The notes under the pieces: generated by a model
Databases searched by the model: none
What the model saw: only the letters and a program-made list of their open reading frames with translations
What the model was told of the DNA's origin: nothing
Program-made: the position numbers and the translations under genes
Source: Carcharhinus amblyrhynchos
Lineage: Eukaryota
Assembly (NCBI GenBank): GCA_965287045.1
Contig: OZ336882.1
Location: 53,258,001-53,322,000, forward strand
Direction: 5' to 3'
DNA: 64,000 bases
Shown: positions 58,770 to 64,000 of the stretch, piece by piece
How positions within the stretch are numbered: the first letter of the stretch is position 1
Layout of the letters: every line of letters begins with the position of its first letter

Positions 58770-60470
58770 GCTTTAGACTCCGCTGCCTCAACATGGATAG
58801 AGGCTGGCTGGCAGCAGCAAGGACATTGCTGAGCGGCAGTTATGGGAGTATGAATGCTGAACAATTTGGACAGAAGGACAGAGACCAATATCCTTACGTG
58901 GGTATTCACTAGTCCTGTGAGGGAGGGGTTAAATTAAAAAGGTGGTGGGGATGAGAAGCTGAGTGGAGAGACATAAGAGGGGGAAACAAAAATTGAAATG
59001 AAAGATAAAATCGTACAAAGCAAAAGTGGAAGGCGGAGAAACAAAGGCTAGCAGTAAACAGAATACAAAAATATGTGTAAAAATGCTAAAAAACAGTCAA
59101 ATCCAAAGGCTGAATTCCAGAGCATTTATAATAAAGTAGGCCAATGAACAGTACAAATAAATGTAGATGGGTACAATATGATTGTGATTACAGAGATATG
59201 GCTCCAGGGTGACCAAGGCTGGGAACTGATTATCCAAGGGTATTTGATATTTAGGAAGCACAGGAAAAAAAGAAGTGGGGAGGTGTTGTTAGTAAAGGAT
59301 GGAATCAGTACAATAGTGAGAAATAATATTGGATTAAATCATGATGTAGATTCAGTCTGGTTAGAGCTAAGAAGCATTAAGGGATGAAACCATGAGTGGG
59401 AGTTGTCTATATTGGTAAGGTAGGGGAGAGCATTAAACAGGAAATTAGAGATGCATGTAGCAAAGGCGCAGCAGTATTAATGGGTGACTTTATTAATAGA
59501 CTAGACAAACCAAATCAACAATAATACTGTGATAGCTGAATTCCTGGAGTATATATGAAGTGGATTTTTAGGCCAGCACATTGAGAACCCAACCAAGGAA
59601 CAGGTTATCCTAGATTTTTAACTGTGTAATGAGAAGGGGTTAAATAATAATCTTGTTATGTGGGGTTATGGCGGGGCAGGCTCGAAGGGCTAGATGGCCT
59701 ACTCCTGCTCCTATTTCTTATGTTCTTATTATGTTATTTTAGGGAAGAGTGATCATAACATGTTAGGATTCTTCATTAGGATGGAAAGTGAAATAGTTCA
59801 ACCCAAAGCTAGGGCCCTAAGTCCAAACAAAGGGAACAATAAAGATTTGAAGGGTGAGTTGGCTACATTTGATTGGAGAATTTCATTATAAGGTGGATAG
59901 GAAATGGCTAACATTTAAAGAAACTTGGTGCAAACAGAAACAGGAAAAGTGGCCCAACCAAATAAAGTAAGGATTGCATTCGATCCAAAGAGGAGCCATC
60001 TAAAGTTGTTAAGAAAAGGAATAAGCCCAAAGATTAAAGACAGTTCACAATTCAACAAAGGAGGACGGAGAGATTGATCAAGAGAGGGAAAATAGAGCAT
60101 AAGAGTGAACTTGCACGGAGCATAGAAGTGAACTGCAAATACTCCTGTAAGAATGTAATAAGAAAACAAACTGGTGACAACAAATGTAGATCCTTTATAG
60201 TTCAAAATTGGAGATTTTGCAATGGAGAACAAGGAAATGGCAGAACAATTAAACTGCTACTTCAGTTCTGTCTTCACAGAAGAAAAGATAAATAACTTCC
60301 CAGAAATAATAGGGTGCCAAAGGTTGAGTGAGAAGGAGGAACTGAATGAAATTAGTGCCAGCAAAAAGAAATGCTGAAGAAATGAATGGGTCTGAAAGCC
60401 GATAAATCCCGAGGGCCTAATAACCTACATCCCAGAGTTCGAAAGGATTTGACCATGGAAGTAGTTAACT
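58770..60470 (+). mobile_element. CR1 LINE: ORF1 3' end, APE endonuclease and linker of ORF2 (pseudogenised)
   Basis: ETNIL...GEGLN*-like ORF1 end. APE motifs IVITEIWLQGDQGWELIIQGYLIFRK, DSVWLEL, MGDF and LGKSDHNM. It breaks off after KSRGPNNLHPRV. Confidence 0.85.
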
Positions 60471-60795
60471 GTGATCTTTCCCCTCCACCTTGATCCCTTT
60501 TATGTTTCTTATGTTCCTTGTTTGCCTCCCCCATAGGACCATCTGTCATTTGTTCTTAAATATTGCATTCACTGAGAACTCTTATGAACACGTTCTGCTA
60601 TTTTGCCTTTATGCAACTATCCGTCATTAATGCTATCATGAACACTCTCTTTGTCTTGTGTCCATGATATGTTTGTCAATCTCTCCTTAGTTCTCACCTA
60701 TCCCTGACCTTCTATTCTGCTCCGCCTCCTTCAAGAATAAAAGGCATCACATTCTTCAGTTATGAAGAAAAGTCATCGGGACTTGAAATGTTGGG
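60470..60795 (+). mobile_element. Old Penelope-type 3' UTR with a degenerate hammerhead
   Basis: Pyrimidine-rich UTR ending CAGTTATGAAGAAAAGTCATCGGGACTTGAAATGTT: (C>A)UGAAGA core, AAGUC/GACUU stem II, GAAA. Confidence 0.5.
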
Positions 60796-60796
60796 T

Positions 60797-61080
60797 TTCT
60801 CCGACTTTGCCTATAGCTGGGATTCTCTGACCTCCCTGTAACTTGGCTTCTCCAACCTCGCCTGTGGCTGGGATTCTCCGACTTCACCTGGGGCTGGGTT
60901 TCCCTGACCTTGCCTGTGGCTTGGAACCTCTGACCTCGCCTGTAGCTGGGGTTCTCTGACCTCGCCTGCAGCTGAGATTCTCCGACCTTGCTGTGTCTGC
61001 ATTTCTCTAACCTCGCCTCTGGCTCGGATTCTCCCACCTCACCTATAGTTGGGATTCTCCAACCTCATCTGTGGCTGGGA
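60797..61080. repeat. Minisatellite, 26-bp unit x11
   Basis: Consensus TTCTCYRACCTCGCCTGTRGCTGGGA; nine 26-bp and two 25-bp units. Confidence 0.9.
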
Positions 61081-61419
61081 ATCCCTGTACCCATGGCAGT
61101 GAATGAAGGTTAGGCTGAGCACCAAATTCTCCATTCTCACTGACAGCGAAGGAGGGGGTACAACATCAGAGACTTTCAACCTATATTTTAAAAAAAGGAT
61201 TCTCCATGCGTTTGATACCACATCCGTAGCAGGGGGCTTCAGATTCGGCCACCCTGCCATTAGCCAAGCTCTTCAATTAGCAGGCCATTCTCAGCCATTT
61301 GCTCATTGTCTAATGCGTAGGATGGCTGCTCAGTGTCTGCCCCACGATTTCCAGAGGCCTCCCTTGCCAGACTGCTGGATGCCCTACAGCAATGTAGTGA
61401 CATCTTTTACCTATATATA

Positions 61420-61900
61420 GAGAGGTGACCCATAAGAAGGAGAAGAAGCCAACATGGGTAACAGTGGCAGCATTGATAAGCACCAGCTCCCTGAAGAGGA
61501 GGACATCCAGTGCTGGAAAGGATGAATGGTTTCCTCCACTTTGCCAGGGTGAGTCAGCCCTCTCGTCACTCTCAGCTCTCACATTCACACAACCATTACA
61601 CACCCACAGGGAATTCACTCACTGTCACCTTAAAGGACAGCACTACTCCTCTCCCACACAAATCTTCACCTCCCTGCAGGTTGTGTCTTCATCACCTCAT
61701 TGCCCCCACTTGCCATCCACGCATGCCAGGCATCAATATCATCTGCCCTAGCTCATGGCCTGCTTATATTCTCTCCATCTATTTTCATACAGGGCAAGTT
61801 GGTGCACAATAAATAGGAAACATCGCCGACGGACGAAGGAATGCCAGAATTAAAAGTCCTCTTGGTTTTGAGGAGAGAGCCCTCCAGCTGGCCAGGAAGG
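61420..61900 (+). pseudogene. Second Myb/SANT-like (Harbinger accessory ORF) remnant with an intron
   Basis: KPTWVTVAALISTSSLKRRT/IQCWK.MNGFLHFAR, donor GTGAGT at 61549, acceptor TTTTCATACAG at 61792, then GKLVHNK*ETSPTDEGMPELKVL/FEERALQLA. Confidence 0.55.
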
Positions 61901-62249
61901 AATTTGATTGCTTCTGTGCTGAGGGTAAGGTGGGCGCCAATAAGTAAAGTGAGGACCCAGAACACCGTCACCCATCACACCAATCTAATATGAGTCAAGT
62001 TGCCTTCACCTGAAGGCTCTTGTCATGCACTAATGAAATCTCCCTTCTCTTATTGGCACTTCCAGAGAGCAGCCCAGGGCCTGCACGAGCCATATCCAAG
62101 AGTCCATCTCAGAGAACAGCTCTGATGACTTGAATTGAAAATTGAAGAACCATCACAGCTTTCGCCCATACCCTCCATCAGCGCAGAGTAGTACAATTGC
62201 CACCACATCTGCCACTGGCAGAATGTAAGCTAATCTGATTCTGCATTTA

Positions 62250-62620
62250 AGAATACAAGAAATAGGAGCAAGAGTGGATCATGTGGAAAGTCGATCCTGC
62301 TCCACCGCAGTCATGGCTCATCTTAGGCTTGAACCCCACTTTCCTCCCTCCTCCCCTCATCCCTTGACTCCCCGAAAACCAAAAATCTGTCTATCCCAGT
62401 CTTAAATGTTCTCAACAATGGAGAATCCACAACATTCTGGGCTGGAGAATTCTATAGATTCACCACGCTTCCAGTGAAGTAATTTGTCCTCTTCTCAGTC
62501 TGAAATAGTTAGCCCCTTATCCTGAGGCTGTGCCCCAATGTTTTTGATTCCCGGGACAGTGGAAACAATCTCTCAGTGCCCATCCTATCAAGCCCCTTGA
62601 GGATTTTGTGGGTTTTAATG
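62250..62620 (-). mobile_element. CR1 3' fragment
   Basis: AAGAATACAAGAAATAGGAGCA tail and GAGAATTCTATAGATTCACCAC motif. Confidence 0.7.
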
Positions 62621-64000
62621 AGTGAACTATTCAATAAATGTAAAACATCTTTATCCTCCTTGCGTTGCACACTTTTAAGCCACAGATGTCCTACAGTGAT
62701 GTATAACTTTAGAAATCAAAAGAAAATGATCCAGTAAAATCTGTGTGATCATTCAAAGATAGCCCATGGCATTAGTTATGTGTGAGGAGCAATCCTGCAT
62801 GGATTGTTTGTGGCACAGTTAGGAAACTTCTCTGGGTCTCTCTTCCCCATTGAGTCTGTACCACTGTACTTTCACAATAAAAGGAAGTGCCTTGACTATC
62901 CTACTAAACCTCTGCCAGTCGCATCCTCACCAAAGCAGAGAGAAGCAAGTGTAACTTAGTCAAAGTATTTCCTCTGCATCTCATTCTGATGGTGAAGTTA
63001 GATGAAGAACTTGCAGTGTTTCAAGGCACTGAACATTCTGAGCATCAAAGTGTGAGTAAAGAGAAAAGACTAATTATCTAGGCTGCCTGTAACCTGTTGG
63101 TGGAGTCTCACATTGATCCATTTTTGTGGAGAGGCAAGCTTTTTTCTGCCTTACATTCAAATTAGCCTGCACCATTTAAAATGAGCAGTTGAAATAAATG
63201 AGCCAAGGTGCAGCTAATTCTGGAAACTGGGGCTTATAGCTAGCAGTTATAACCTTAATGTTAGTGCAGCTCTTGTCAGATAAAGCTTTTGAGGGAAATC
63301 GTTAAATTTCTTGTCCCGAACTTTGATTTATCTAATTTGGTTCATTCGTAATGATGGATCGTTTGTGATGAGACCTGAGATTTCAGATAACACTTCAACA
63401 AACATGAGGGCCATCAACTTGATTTTCCCATGTAGGGGAATGTGATAATGCACAAAGTGAGATGTGACTTTGACAATCTTCTGCCAATCATTGGAGCTTC
63501 GTTCAACAATCATGCAGTTTGAGACTCGAATCTCTAATAAATTAATAACAAACCCATTTCTTATCTTGGAACTCAGCAGGGAAATTCTCTCCTTTGTTTC
63601 AGCGTCTTTTTTCTCTGGGCTGTTTTGCAGCATGATTTTCATTAAACAAGAGGTTGTGAGGCAATGTCAGTGCCTGGTTGTGGTATTTGTCTGATTTCTT
63701 TCTTCATTTTCTCTTTTTCTTTAACATTGTCTGTGTTTGCAAAGTGAAAACCTACTGCAAAATTAACTACGTTTCATCTGTATTCACCAAATCTAACAAA
63801 GTCGAAAATGAGTTTCGATTTGTGGTTATCTGATAGGATAGTGAGGTACTTAGTCAAAGCTGAGCTGTTCTAGCTGCCAACATTCTTAGTCTATACTAAG
63901 GGAAATACAAATCATTTTGCTGAAGAATCAAGACTAACAAATTATTGTAATTCCCTGTGAAACATTGGCATGAAATAGCACAAATGTCTGGATTCCTAAT

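Noticed and set aside
60797-61080. CRISPR-like array
   Set aside because: The units are contiguous degenerate repeats without unique spacers, and the context is vertebrate with no cas genes.
63328-63694. 104-aa and 76-aa opposing ORFs near the window end
   Set aside because: There is no recognisable domain or splice context, and the lengths are compatible with chance.

Overview
This is repeat-dense vertebrate nuclear DNA, intronic or intergenic, with no host exon that I can support. The V-SINE/HE1-type SINEs and the CR1, L2, Rex/Babar, PIF/Harbinger and Penelope repeats point to a cartilaginous fish, probably a shark (inference). There is one assembly gap at 27456-27718. The dominant feature is a very young 6.4-kb Penelope-like retroelement (PLE) insertion at 47608-54010, bounded by a perfect 12-bp target-site duplication (TCCACCCAAGAT). 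It is built as a giant palindrome: two near-identical 2978-bp arms, each with an open RT + GIY-YIG frame, diverge from one central pseudo-LTR. The inverted arm lost its native start codon but gains an in-frame ATG from the antisense pLTR. All three pLTRs carry a minimal hammerhead ribozyme. The same family also produced a 231-bp non-coding palindrome of two back-to-back hammerheads (14228-14458, 13-bp TSD) with the same asymmetric ends. A related subfamily left a solo hammerhead-plus-tail insert (4667-4796). Boundaries of old repeats are approximate and were read by eye.
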